From positions 143,915 through 207,914 of the forward strand of contig BPJI01000001.1 in assembly GCA_026004535.1 (NCBI GenBank): DNA of 64,000 nt, given 5' to 3'. Position numbers and translations under genes: made by a program. The notes under the pieces were generated by a model. It saw only the letters and a list, made by a program, of their open reading frames with translations, was not told where the DNA came from and searched no databases. This document shows positions 48,823 through 58,800 of the stretch, in pieces. How positions within the stretch are numbered: position 1 is the stretch's first letter; each line of letters begins with the position of its first letter. Origin of the DNA: Candidatus Parcubacteria bacterium. GTDB taxonomy: Bacteria > Patescibacteriota > Minisyncoccia > UBA6257 > HR35.

Positions 48823-51087
48823 ATGGAAAGAAATAAAAAAGCACTCGTCGGTCTAATCTTGGCTTCTCTTTTAGCTTTTTCCGTCGTTCCTTATTTTAAT
48901 GTTTCAGCTCAAACTTGCGATCCTGATGCTTTAGTTCCAGTTGCCTATGGTCAAAGCGGAGCAGCAGTTAGAAATGCTCAATCCTGCTTAATTGAAGCTG
49001 GTTATGATATTCCAGCTGGAGCAACTGGCTACTATGGTTCTCAAACAAGAGCAGCTGTTAGAGCTTTTTATGCTGATTGGTATGGAGATTGGCATGGGAA
49101 TAATTTAGGTCCAAAAGGTGTGGCTCAACTTAAATCAATGTTAGCTTCAGCACCAGAAACACCATCAACAGGTAGTCAGCAACCATCAACAGGTGGTGTT
49201 TCTCAAGATCTTTTACTTCAGGTTTTAGCTAAACTTGCTGCTGGAGATACAGCTGGTGCTTTAGCTTTATTACTTCAAGCCTTGGGTGGTCAAGCTCCAA
49301 CTACAACAACCACAACCACAACTACAACTACAACCCAGCCAACTCAACCAACTCAACAAGCAACTGAAGGTTTCTTAACTGTTGAGCAAGATCCAACTGT
49401 TACTGGTGTTACTTTAAGAGAAGGTGAGACAGGCAAGGTTTTTGGTTTAAGATTCAGAGCTGATAATGGTCCTGTTACTGTTCAATCAGTTTTCTTAAGA
49501 TGGGATGGTAATACTGCTCCTTATAGAGTCATTTCTAAGTTAGAAGTTGTTGATGACCAAAACAATGTTCTTTTCTCAAGAAATGTTGATTCAACAACTT
49601 TCTTACAAGATTCAAGCTTAAATTACTATCTTCCAGTAACTGGTCTTAATTATCAAGTCCAAACTAATCAATACCGCTCAATCTTTGTCCAAGTAACTGT
49701 TGTTAATACTTTACCAACAGGAGTTAATTCCTTAGCTTTCCATGTTAATCAAAATGATGTTCGTGGAAGAGATGGTTTAGGTATTGATAGATTTGGACCA
49801 ACCTCAACTATTGGACCAGTTTCAGTAACTCTCCAAGCATCCTTAGCTGGTTCAGCTTACTGGGTTGTAGCTAGGAATGCTAATTCACCATTAGCAGGCT
49901 TCATTATTGGTGATCCTGTCAATGGTAATGCTGATAAAGTTGTAATGCTCAAATTTGATGTTACTGCTAAAAATGATAGTTTAAGACTAACCGAAGTAAG
50001 TGGTACTCTTTCTCCAGCATCAGCAACATCAACATTTAGAACTGTTTACTTAAGACAAGGAAGTCAAATCTTGGATGTCAGAACACCTGATGCTTCTAAT
50101 GGTAACTTCACTTTCAATGTTGTTCCTGCTAACTTTACTATTAATAAAGATCAAACAGTTACCTTTGAAGTTTTAGTTGATGTTCGTAATGCTACCTTAA
50201 CTCCAGTAACTGCATCTGTAACTGTTATAGGAGTTAAAGGCTTAAATAGCCTTGGTGGAACAGTTACTGCGTCATCTCTTTCAATTGCTTCTGATGTAAT
50301 GTCAGCAACAACTCGTGCTCCAGAAATAGTTTTAACAAATGTTAGCTCGACGTATACACCATCAGATATAAATCGTCCAAGTTCGCTCGACGCCAGCTTT
50401 GATATTAATATCACACCAAGAGGAGCAAGTTTAACTGTTTCTTCAACAGGAGCGTTCTTTGTTGAGCTTCAAAAAGGAGATGGGGCTAGAGCTACTGTTA
50501 ATAGAACAGCAACAGCAACTTTAACCGTTGATTTATCAGCTCAGAAAGCAACAACAACTGTTGTTTTAGATGGCCAAACAATTTTAGTTTTCGTTACTAG
50601 TACAGTAACAAGTGCCACTTCAACTGTTACTTCAACTGTAATAATAAATATTGCTAACGGAGGTACTTTGATATTGACACCATCACTCACTCTTAATGCT
50701 AATGCTACTGGAACTACTAATGCTACTGGAACTATTACAATGCCAGTACAAAACTTTAGTTTTTCAGTAACACGAAGCGCAACAACAACGCAGGACAGTA
50801 ATACTCTAGGTGCAACTTCAACTGCATCAGATATGAATTTAAGCACTTCTATATTTACAGTAATCTATGATGTTTTCTTTGGGCAGACAAGAATTAATCC
50901 TTCAGGAAGTGTTTATAATTTAGCCCAGGATCAGACATATACATTTAAACTCAAAAGTGTTTATACAAATGTTGCTTCTGGTGTCTCTGGTTTTAACAGA
51001 ATTCGAATTCTTGACTTTAGATGGGATTCTCGTAATGCCGACTTTATAAGGAACACCTTCTATACTTCTTATTATAATATTCAGTAA
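48823..51087 (+). CDS. Paralogue 2 of the secreted PG-binding-domain protein, with divergent C-terminal ~250 aa
   Basis: 754 aa; first ~500 aa near-identical to 46654-48180 at the DNA level; C-terminus differs but keeps NLAQDQTYTF and a terminal Y.N(V/I)Q. Confidence 0.75.
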   Translation: MERNKKALVGLILASLLAFSVVPYFNVSAQTCDPDALVPVAYGQSGAAVRNAQSCLIEAGYDIPAGATGYYGSQTRAAVRAFYADWYGDWHGNNLGPKGVAQLKSMLASAPETPSTGSQQPSTGGVSQDLLLQVLAKLAAGDTAGALALLLQALGGQAPTTTTTTTTTTTTQPTQPTQQATEGFLTVEQDPTVTGVTLREGETGKVFGLRFRADNGPVTVQSVFLRWDGNTAPYRVISKLEVVDDQNNVLFSRNVDSTTFLQDSSLNYYLPVTGLNYQVQTNQYRSIFVQVTVVNTLPTGVNSLAFHVNQNDVRGRDGLGIDRFGPTSTIGPVSVTLQASLAGSAYWVVARNANSPLAGFIIGDPVNGNADKVVMLKFDVTAKNDSLRLTEVSGTLSPASATSTFRTVYLRQGSQILDVRTPDASNGNFTFNVVPANFTINKDQTVTFEVLVDVRNATLTPVTASVTVIGVKGLNSLGGTVTASSLSIASDVMSATTRAPEIVLTNVSSTYTPSDINRPSSLDASFDINITPRGASLTVSSTGAFFVELQKGDGARATVNRTATATLTVDLSAQKATTTVVLDGQTILVFVTSTVTSATSTVTSTVIINIANGGTLILTPSLTLNANATGTTNATGTITMPVQNFSFSVTRSATTTQDSNTLGATSTASDMNLSTSIFTVIYDVFFGQTRINPSGSVYNLAQDQTYTFKLKSVYTNVASGVSGFNRIRILDFRWDSRNADFIRNTFYTSYYNIQ

Positions 51088-51104
51088 TTGTTGTAAATAA
51101 ATTT

Positions 51105-51133
51105 ATCATCTAATAGCCCGGCAGCCAGCCGGG
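51105..51133 (+). terminator. Rho-independent terminator
   Basis: agcccggcagccagccgggctattttttt. Confidence 0.8.
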
Positions 51134-51169
51134 CTATTTTTTTATGGTATAATTTAATTAATGTAGGAG

Positions 51170-51337
51170 ATGGATTTTTTAAAGAAAAGGGCAAAAGAAT
51201 TTTATAGCAACGCTCTCGAGATCTTTGAAAAGAAAGTTTATAATTTATCAGCTTTTAATTTAGAACAAGCAACCCAACTTTGGCTAAAATATTTGATTGC
51301 TAAAAAATTAGGCGAATGGCCTCAAACCCATTAAATG
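51170..51337 (+). CDS. HEPN-like N-terminal fragment (55 aa), stop overlaps the start of the following MNT gene
   Basis: MDFLKKRAKEFYSNALEIFEKKVYNLSAFNLEQATQLWLKYLIAKKLGEWPQTH*; helix pattern of an HEPN N-terminus but no Rx4-6H motif; not in the ORF track. Confidence 0.35.
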
Positions 51338-51692
51338 AAAAGTTTAATTAGTATTAGAAAAAAAATAGTTGAGAAGAAAAAGAAATATTTTGAACATTAT
51401 CTTGAATATGCGCAAAAAATTAAAGAAGCAGCAATTCAAGTTTTAGGTGAAGCGAAAGTTTTAGTTTTTGGTTCGGTTGTCAAAGGCAATTGGGGACCGA
51501 ATAGTGATATTGATGTTTTAATTATTTCTTCTAAATGGAGCGGAGACTATGAAAATGATAGCATAATTAAATTCAAAATAAAAAAATTAGCTGGGGTTAG
51601 TCATCCCTTTCCAAATCCATACAGCAACTCCTGAAGAATATCAAAACTGGTGGCTAAAATTTATAAAAGATAATTACATTGAGATAAAATAA
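51335..51692 (+). pseudogene. Minimal nucleotidyltransferase (MNT) domain gene with a frameshift
   Basis: ...LVFGSVVKGNWGPNSDIDVLII (GS...SDID NT motif); C-terminal ...IHTATPEEYQNWWLKFIKDNYIEIK is in a different frame from ~51595. Confidence 0.6.
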
Positions 51693-51758
51693 ATATACAG
51701 ACGGAATAGATAAAAAATACGGAACTAACAGAAACAACCACGGCAAACAGAGGCAGGT

Positions 51759-52510
51759 GTGTTAATAATGAAAACCGAGATTTTGATTTTATTTTTGCTT
51801 CTTCCATTATTACTTTTTGCTCAAAATTTAAGAGGAAGCAATTTAATTGATACTGTAATTGTTTCAGGACCGGATTTAATTTTCGAAGATAACCGGGTTG
51901 TTTTTAAATTTCAAGCAATTAATTATTCTTTAATAAAACCTAAATATTTTTACTTTCAAACCCAGCTTGGCCATTAGAAAGAAACTGGAAGAATTTTTAT
52001 GGAACAGTACAAAATTACTATTTACCAAAAGGAATAGGTCTTTACATCTTTAAGGTAAGAGCAGTTAATGATAGGGGTTATTATGATAGGACTCCCGCGA
52101 CTTATTATTTTTTAACTAAAACTTCTAAATTTTATCGAGACATTTCAATTTCTCCTTCTTGGGATGGAATGAGTTTAACTTTAACTAATAACACCAATAA
52201 AGAAATTAATATTACTAATTGGCAAATAAGAACATCAAATCTAATTTTTACAATTCCTAAAGGAGTTAAAGATTTTAATCCCGATCAAAATAAAAGAAAA
52301 GAAGAAAATATAATTTTACCTCCTTATGGCAGGGCAGTTTTTTATGCTGTTTATTCAAGTCCAACTTCGAGCTCCACGGGATTGCCTTTTCAAAATATTC
52401 CTTTATCTCCTTTTGGAGTTAACTTTTTAGGCAATCAATGTTTTGCTTATTTAGATAAAACTTATCCTTCAAATTTTTGGATGCTTAAAATATTCCTCCA
52501 GAATCTTTAA
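51759..52510 (+). pseudogene. Secreted protein with Y_Y_Y-like and lamin-tail-like domains, one frameshift in a T5 run (~51950)
   Basis: Signal peptide MKTEILILFLLLPLLLFAQN; after a +1 shift continues ...SNPAWPLERNWKNFYGTVQNYYLPKGIGLYIFKVRAVNDRGYYDRTPATYYF...MSLTLTNNTNKEINITNWQIRTSNLIFTIPKG...; could be a sequencing error. Confidence 0.5.
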
Positions 52511-52847
52511 ATATGGTTTTACTGGTAAAATATCTCGCCAATGTGCTGTTTAGCTTCAAAGTTTGATTGCGATGGAAGATATCTTTTAGCTCGACTCGGA
52601 ATAACGATTCGTTGACAAGCTGTTGAGATTGGTATAATTATAATTCTTGTTATCTAGAAATCGTAATAATAAAGATTTTTTTGGTAAAGAATGGAGAATT
52701 TATTTTGATACCCGTGATGAACTTGATAAGCAAGATAGAAAACCATTAAGAAGAATTTTTAAAGATAGATATGAAGAATTTCTCTTTATGACGACAAAGG
52801 TTTGCTTGTAATAAATATGATATTTATTAGTGATATAATTAAGAATA

Positions 52848-52921
52848 GCGGCGGTAGTTCAGTGGTAGAACGTCTCCCTTCCAAGGAGAAGGTCGCGGGT
52901 TCAAATCCCGTCCGCCGCTCA
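52848..52921 (+). tRNA. tRNA-Gly (anticodon TCC)
   Basis: gcggcggtagttcagtggtagaacgtctcccTTCCAAggagaaggtcgcgggttcaaatcccgtccgccgctc. Confidence 0.85.
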
Positions 52922-52979
52922 TGCACCTTTTTTAACTATTAAACCTTTAAACATTTAAACCGATAAATCAAACCTATTT

Positions 52980-53354
52980 ATGTTAAAATTATTATTCATG
53001 GTAAAAGGTTTCGAAGAACTGATTGTTTTTCAAAAAGCAAGAGATTTAACTAAACTTATTTACAATTTAACTAAAAAAGAAGAGTTTAAGAAAGATTTTG
53101 GTTTAGTTGATCATATCAGGCGGGCATCAGTTTCAATAATTTCTAACATTGCTGAGGGTTTTGAGCGAGGAACAAAAGAAGAACTTCCACATTTTCTTTA
53201 TATAGCCAAAGCTTCTTGTGGCGAAGTAAGGGCTCAAATAAAAGTTTCAGGGTTTAAAGGTTTAAAATATAAGAAAGTAAAACCTAAAGATGTCGAAGAA
53301 TTCGATAGAATGTTAGAAAAAATTTTAGCCAAAAGACAAACGCTAATCATTTAA
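52980..53354 (+). CDS. Four-helix-bundle protein (TIGR02436 family: 'S23 ribosomal'/rRNA-IVS protein, also the Avd family of DGRs)
   Basis: 124 aa; ...IVFQKARDLTKLIYNLTKK...SNIAEGFERGTKEELPHFLYIAKASCGEVRAQI... family signature. Confidence 0.65.
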   Translation: MLKLLFMVKGFEELIVFQKARDLTKLIYNLTKKEEFKKDFGLVDHIRRASVSIISNIAEGFERGTKEELPHFLYIAKASCGEVRAQIKVSGFKGLKYKKVKPKDVEEFDRMLEKILAKRQTLII

Positions 53355-53357
53355 TCA

Positions 53358-55418
53358 ATGACAAAAAAATTAATAAGTTATTTGACAGTTATTTTATTTT
53401 TGATCCCTTTTACTCTTTTAATTGTTGATAATAAAGTTCTTTTTCCTTTTATTACGACCAAAGCAATATTTTTTAGAATTTTAGTTTCAATTGGGTTAGT
53501 TTTAGCAATTTGGCTTTATTTGTTAAATCCTAACTCTTTTCCTAAAAAAAATTATCTTTTAATAGCAATTGCCTTATTTTTTATTGCTAATATTATTGCC
53601 ACAATTTTTAGTGTTAATCCCTTTAGATCTTTTTGGGGAAATGCCGAAAGAATGGAAGGGACCTGGTCATTATTTTTTTATCTTTCTTATTTTTTTCTTT
53701 TATTTACTTTATTTAGCTTCAACCCCCAAGCCAAAAAAACTATTTTTTACTCTATTTTAATTGTTACAACCCTAATTTCTCTTTTAGAAATTCAACAAGC
53801 ATTTATCTTAAAACAAGAAAGACCATCAGCAACGTTAGGTAATCCAACTTATATTGGCTTTTTAAATCTTTTAACAATTTTTATTATTTTATATTTTTAT
53901 TTTGAATCTCGAAATAGAATAGAAAAATCAATTTATATTTCTTTGATTTTGCTTAATCTTTTATCTTTAATTGGCTCACAAACTCGCGGATCTATTTTAG
54001 GTTTATTAGTTGGTATTTTTATTTTTTCTTTTCTTTATCTTTTATTTTCCAAAATTCAAACTCGAAAGAAAATTTTAGTCCTTAGTCTGCTTTTACTTTT
54101 TATAATTTCTTTCTTTTTATTTTTAAAAACAGAATTTGCTCTTAAAATTCCGGGGATAAAAAGAATTAGCGAAACACTGCAAGATCCAGTTTCTGTTTTC
54201 CCTCGTTTTTATGCTTGGAAAATATTTTTAACTGCTTTTGAGAAAAAACCTGTGTTTGGTTGGGGGCCGGAAACAATGCCAATTGCTTTTTTTGCTAATT
54301 TTGATCCCCAAATTTTTAATTACGAACAAGCAATTTTTGATCGTCCTCATAATAAATTCGTTGAAATTTTGGCTTCAACCGGAATTTTTGGTTTTTTAAC
54401 CTGGCTTTTAATTTTTATCGCTTTTTTCTATTATTTAATTAAATCCAATATTAATTTTTATCAAAAACTAACTCTTTCAGCTTTTATTTTTTCTTATTTA
54501 GCTCAAAATTTTTCTTTATTTGATATGCAAGCAAGTTATGTTTTGTTTTTTTATGGCTTAGCTTTGATTTCTCCAAAAATTGAGTTTAAAGAAAACCGCC
54601 AGCGCTTTATTCGCCCTTACATTATTTTAGTTTCCGGTTTAAGCCTGGTAGCAATTATTTTTCATCTTCAACATTTTTATATTGTCAGAAGCATTATTAC
54701 TTTTCTAAATCAATCAGATCCTAAAATTGCCGGTGAAAACTTTTTGAAGCTTTCAGAAATTGCTGGACCATTTTTAACTGAAGAAGCAGTTATGGCAATG
54801 AATTATTTTTCTAATAATCTTAGCCAAATTAAAGATTTCAAAACCCTAACGAATTTTTACAATCTTGTTGAAAAAGCATATCAGAAAGATCCCAAAGATT
54901 ATCGTTTGGCAAGTGCTTTTATTTCAATGAAAACAATATTAATTGATGTTCAAAAACAAGTTGGTCAGGATCCAAGTAAAAATATTATTGAAGTTGAAAA
55001 AATTTATTCTGATTTAATTTCTCTTTATCCCAATTTTCCTGAAATTTATATTAATTATGCGAGATTTTTGTTAAGTAATAATAAAAAAGAAAAAGCTTTT
55101 GAGATATTAAAAAATGGCGAAAAAATGGCCCAAAATTATCCTAAATATTACTTTTATGAATCAGTTTTGTATTTTGAAATTAAAGAAAAAAAATTAGCTT
55201 ATCAAAAATTAAAAATAGCAACCCAAAGTTTGAAATTTAATTCTGATCAAGAATTTGAAATCGCTTTAAAAATTTATTTAGCTAATCAAGATGTGGAAAA
55301 CTCAAAAAATATCATTTCTCTTTGGTTGAAGCAAAATAATTCAAGTTCTACCCAGCAAAAAATAGCTCAAATTTTACAAGAATACAATCAAGGCCAATTT
55401 TTAAAACTTGACAAATAA
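53358..55418 (+). CDS. O-antigen ligase/polymerase-like polytopic membrane protein with C-terminal TPR-like repeats
   Basis: 686 aa; ~10 TM helices with the Wzy_C-type loop (GSQTRGSILGLLVG); soluble helical-repeat C-terminal third. Confidence 0.6.
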   Translation: MTKKLISYLTVILFLIPFTLLIVDNKVLFPFITTKAIFFRILVSIGLVLAIWLYLLNPNSFPKKNYLLIAIALFFIANIIATIFSVNPFRSFWGNAERMEGTWSLFFYLSYFFLLFTLFSFNPQAKKTIFYSILIVTTLISLLEIQQAFILKQERPSATLGNPTYIGFLNLLTIFIILYFYFESRNRIEKSIYISLILLNLLSLIGSQTRGSILGLLVGIFIFSFLYLLFSKIQTRKKILVLSLLLLFIISFFLFLKTEFALKIPGIKRISETLQDPVSVFPRFYAWKIFLTAFEKKPVFGWGPETMPIAFFANFDPQIFNYEQAIFDRPHNKFVEILASTGIFGFLTWLLIFIAFFYYLIKSNINFYQKLTLSAFIFSYLAQNFSLFDMQASYVLFFYGLALISPKIEFKENRQRFIRPYIILVSGLSLVAIIFHLQHFYIVRSIITFLNQSDPKIAGENFLKLSEIAGPFLTEEAVMAMNYFSNNLSQIKDFKTLTNFYNLVEKAYQKDPKDYRLASAFISMKTILIDVQKQVGQDPSKNIIEVEKIYSDLISLYPNFPEIYINYARFLLSNNKKEKAFEILKNGEKMAQNYPKYYFYESVLYFEIKEKKLAYQKLKIATQSLKFNSDQEFEIALKIYLANQDVENSKNIISLWLKQNNSSSTQQKIAQILQEYNQGQFLKLDK

Positions 55419-55480
55419 AAATTTTTGATAAAATAATAAACTTACCAATTTAAAGCTGACAGCTACTAAAATTGTTTTAT

Positions 55481-55753
55481 CTACCCGGATGAATACCGGA
55501 TTGTTTTACCCTGATGGTTACCGGAATAGATTACCCGGATAGTTAACCGGATTATATTTACCCGGATGATTACCGGATAAAAAATATTTTATAAATCATC
55601 CGGTTTAAATCCGGGTGACTTATCCGGTTATAATACGGGTAGAAGTTGTTATCTGGTTTATATCCGGGTATTTGTAGTATTTACATCCGGTTTGAATCCG
55701 GGTAGTTATATCCGGTTCATATCCGGGTAGTATTATCCGGTTTAAATCCGGGC
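55481..55753. repeat. Intergenic inverted ('palindromic') array of ~20 TACCCGGAT/ACCGGATAA units with ~11-12 bp phasing, upstream of nrdJ
   Basis: Left arm ctacccggatgaataccggattg...ttacccggatgattaccggataaaaaat; centre ~55595; right arm inverted atccggtttaaatccgggtga...atccggttcatatccgggtagtattatccggtttaaatccgggc. Confidence 0.85.
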
Positions 55754-55813
55754 AAAAATATTTTCTACCGCCCGCGTTTGAAAAGGTCTTCAATTAGAAT
55801 TTTTATTTAAAAG

Positions 55814-58800
55814 ATGCCCAAAAGAACATTGACTTCTAATCAGGTTGTTTTTAAAACAAGTTCAAATTTTTTAAAAATCCAAAGATTTTTTACTAAAGAA
55901 AGAGTGCACCCTTATGATGAGGTTAAATGGATAAAAACAACAGCTGAAATTCCAGGTTCTAATTTTAAAATGGAAGATGTGGAATTTCCTGATTTTTACA
56001 GTCAAAATGCAATTAATATTATTGCTTCTAAATATTTCAAAATCAACAAAGGTAAACAAGAAAAAAGTTTAAAAGAACTAATTGATCGAGTTGTTAAAAC
56101 GTTTAAAAAATGGGGTTTAGAACAGGGTTATTTTAATGAAAAAGAAGCCAAAATTTTTGAGGATGAACTAACTTATATCTTGCTTCATCAATATGCTGCT
56201 TTTAATTCTCCTGTTTGGTTTAATTTCGGTGTTGAAGGAAGAAGTCAACAAGGCGCAGCTTGTTTTATCTTAGATGTTCAAGATAATATGGAATCAATTT
56301 TGGATTGGATTAAAACTGAAGGAATGATTTTTAAAGGAGGCTCAGGCTCTGGAGTTAATTTGTCAAAATTAAGAGCCAAAGGAGAACCTCTTTCAACTGG
56401 CGGTGCTTCTTCTGGAGTTATTTCTTTTATGAAAGCAGCCGATGCAGTTGCAGGAAGTATAAAATCTGGTGGAAGTACGCGTAGGGCGGCAAAGATGGTG
56501 ATTTTAAATGCTGATCATCCTGAAATTATGGATTTTATAAGAGTTAAAGCTGAGGAAGAAAATAAAGTTAGAGCCTTAATGGAGGCAGGTTATGACATGA
56601 CTGATCTAAATAATCCTTTGTGGCAAAATATTTTCTTTCAAAATGCTAATAATTCAGTTAGAATTCCTGATGATTTAATGGAAGCAGCAATGAAAGATGA
56701 AAAATGGCAGACTTATTATCGAACAACAGGTAAGGCTTCACAAGCTTATAAAGCTAAGGATATTTTGTGGGAAATTGCTAAAGCTGCTTGGGAATGTGGT
56801 GATCCAGGAGTTCAATTTGATGACATTATTCAAAAATGGCATACTTGTAAAAATTCAGGACGAATTGAAGCAACCAACCCTTGTAGCGAATATATATTTC
56901 TTAACTGGACAAGCTGCAACTTAAGTTCAATCAATCTTTTGAAATTCTTAAAAGAAGATGGTAAGTTTGATATTCCTGCATTTTTGCATACTGTCAGAGT
57001 AATGTTTTTAGCTCAAGATATTATGATTTCAAAAGCTGATTATCCTCATCCAAAAATTACTGAAGAAACTAAAAAATATCGAACAATTGGTTTGGGTTAT
57101 ACTAATTTAGGCGCCTTGATTATGGCTTTGGGTCTTCCTTATGATTCTGATGAAGCAAGAAATTTGGCTGCAAGTATTACTGCCTTAATGACCGGGGAAG
57201 CCTATAAACTTTCAACCCAAATTTCAGCTAAACTTGAACCATTTCCTGAATATGAAAAAAATAAAGAACCAATGTTGGAGGTAATGGAAATGCACCGAAA
57301 AGCTCTATTGAAATTAATACAGAACTTTACAGAACTAAAACAAAACTCGCAGAAAAAACACAGAACTGACGGAACTAACACAGAACTTACAGAAAATATC
57401 GCCGCAGAACATACAGAACTAATACAGAACTTGCAGAAAAATTCAGCTAGTTCTGCGTCATATTCTGTTAGTTCTGTTACTGAGGAAATTTTAGAAAAAG
57501 CAAAAGAAGTTTGGGATGAAGTAATTGAAAATGGAAAAAAATATGGCTTCAGGAATGCTCAAGCAACAGTAATTGCGCCTACTGGTTGTTTAGTAGGGAA
57601 TAGTTTAATTTCAACTGAATACGGTTTAGTTCCGTTAGAAACACTTGGGAATCCATTGGGTTATAAGTGGCAAGATTTAAATATTGAGGTGATGACCGAT
57701 GAAGGACCACAATTAGCTACCAAATTTTATGTTAATGGTTTAGTTGAAACTAGAAAAATAGTTACTAAAAATGGTTATGAAATCGTAGGCACTCCAGAAC
57801 ATAGAATTAAAGTTTTCGATAAAGAATCTGGTGAGCTTAAATGGAAATATTTTGCTGATATCAAAGAGGGAGATATTGTAGCTTTAGAAATGAATACAAT
57901 TTTTGGCAGTCCTAAGCCAATCGAACTTCCACCTTTACCAGAACTTCATTGGAATCAAGATTTTGATGCCAAAGTTCCAAGACATATGAATGAAGAATTA
58001 GCAGAAATAGTTGGCTATTTTATGGGCGACGGCAGTCTACATTCTAAAGGTTTAAGATTTTGCGTGACCCAAGAAGATAAAGATGTGATTGAAAGATTAA
58101 GATATTTAATTAAAAGTCAATTTAATCTTGATATATTTTTAACCCAGAGGCTTGGTTATATAGAAGTTAGCGTAAACTCAGTTCCTCTTGTTTTATGGTG
58201 GGAAGCTTGTGGTTTTAAAAAGAAACAAAAGAAAGTTGGTAAAGGCTGGGAACCTCATATTCCTCTTACTATCCTTTATTCTAACGATCGAAAAATTTAT
58301 ACTGCTTTTTTAAGAGGTCTTTTCGAAGCAGATGGTACTGTCTGGAAGGATTCAAAAACTCCAGCTCTTTCGACTCATAGCAAAGAATTTCATGACCAAA
58401 TAAAATATTTACTTTTAGCTTTAGGAATACCAACAAAATCTAAAATTGGAATTTCAGGTTGGGACAAGAAAAACCTCTATGTTCTTTATGTGAAAAATAG
58501 AGAATATGCTAAAAAATTCGGAGAAGAAATTGGTTTTATTGGAGAAAGAAAAAATAAATTACTTGAAAATATCACCACAAAACCTAGTCAAATAAAAATG
58601 GATCAAGTTTATCTTTCTCAAAATCTTGTTGAAGCCATAACACCTCTTTTAACCAAAAGGGAAAGAGACAGTTTAAGGTTAGAATTTAAAAGAAAAAATG
58701 CTATTACTAGAAGTTTTGCTTTAAGGATTTTAGATAAAGTTGAAAATAAAGCCTTTAACTATTATGTAAATAAAATTTTCTTTGATGTTGTCAAAACAAA

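Noticed and set aside
47501-50846. Antisense track ORFs 47501-47683, 48427-48618, 50151-50414 and 50541-50846
   Set aside because: They are antisense to the long, well-supported surface-protein genes. Val/Thr-rich mirror composition makes them spurious.
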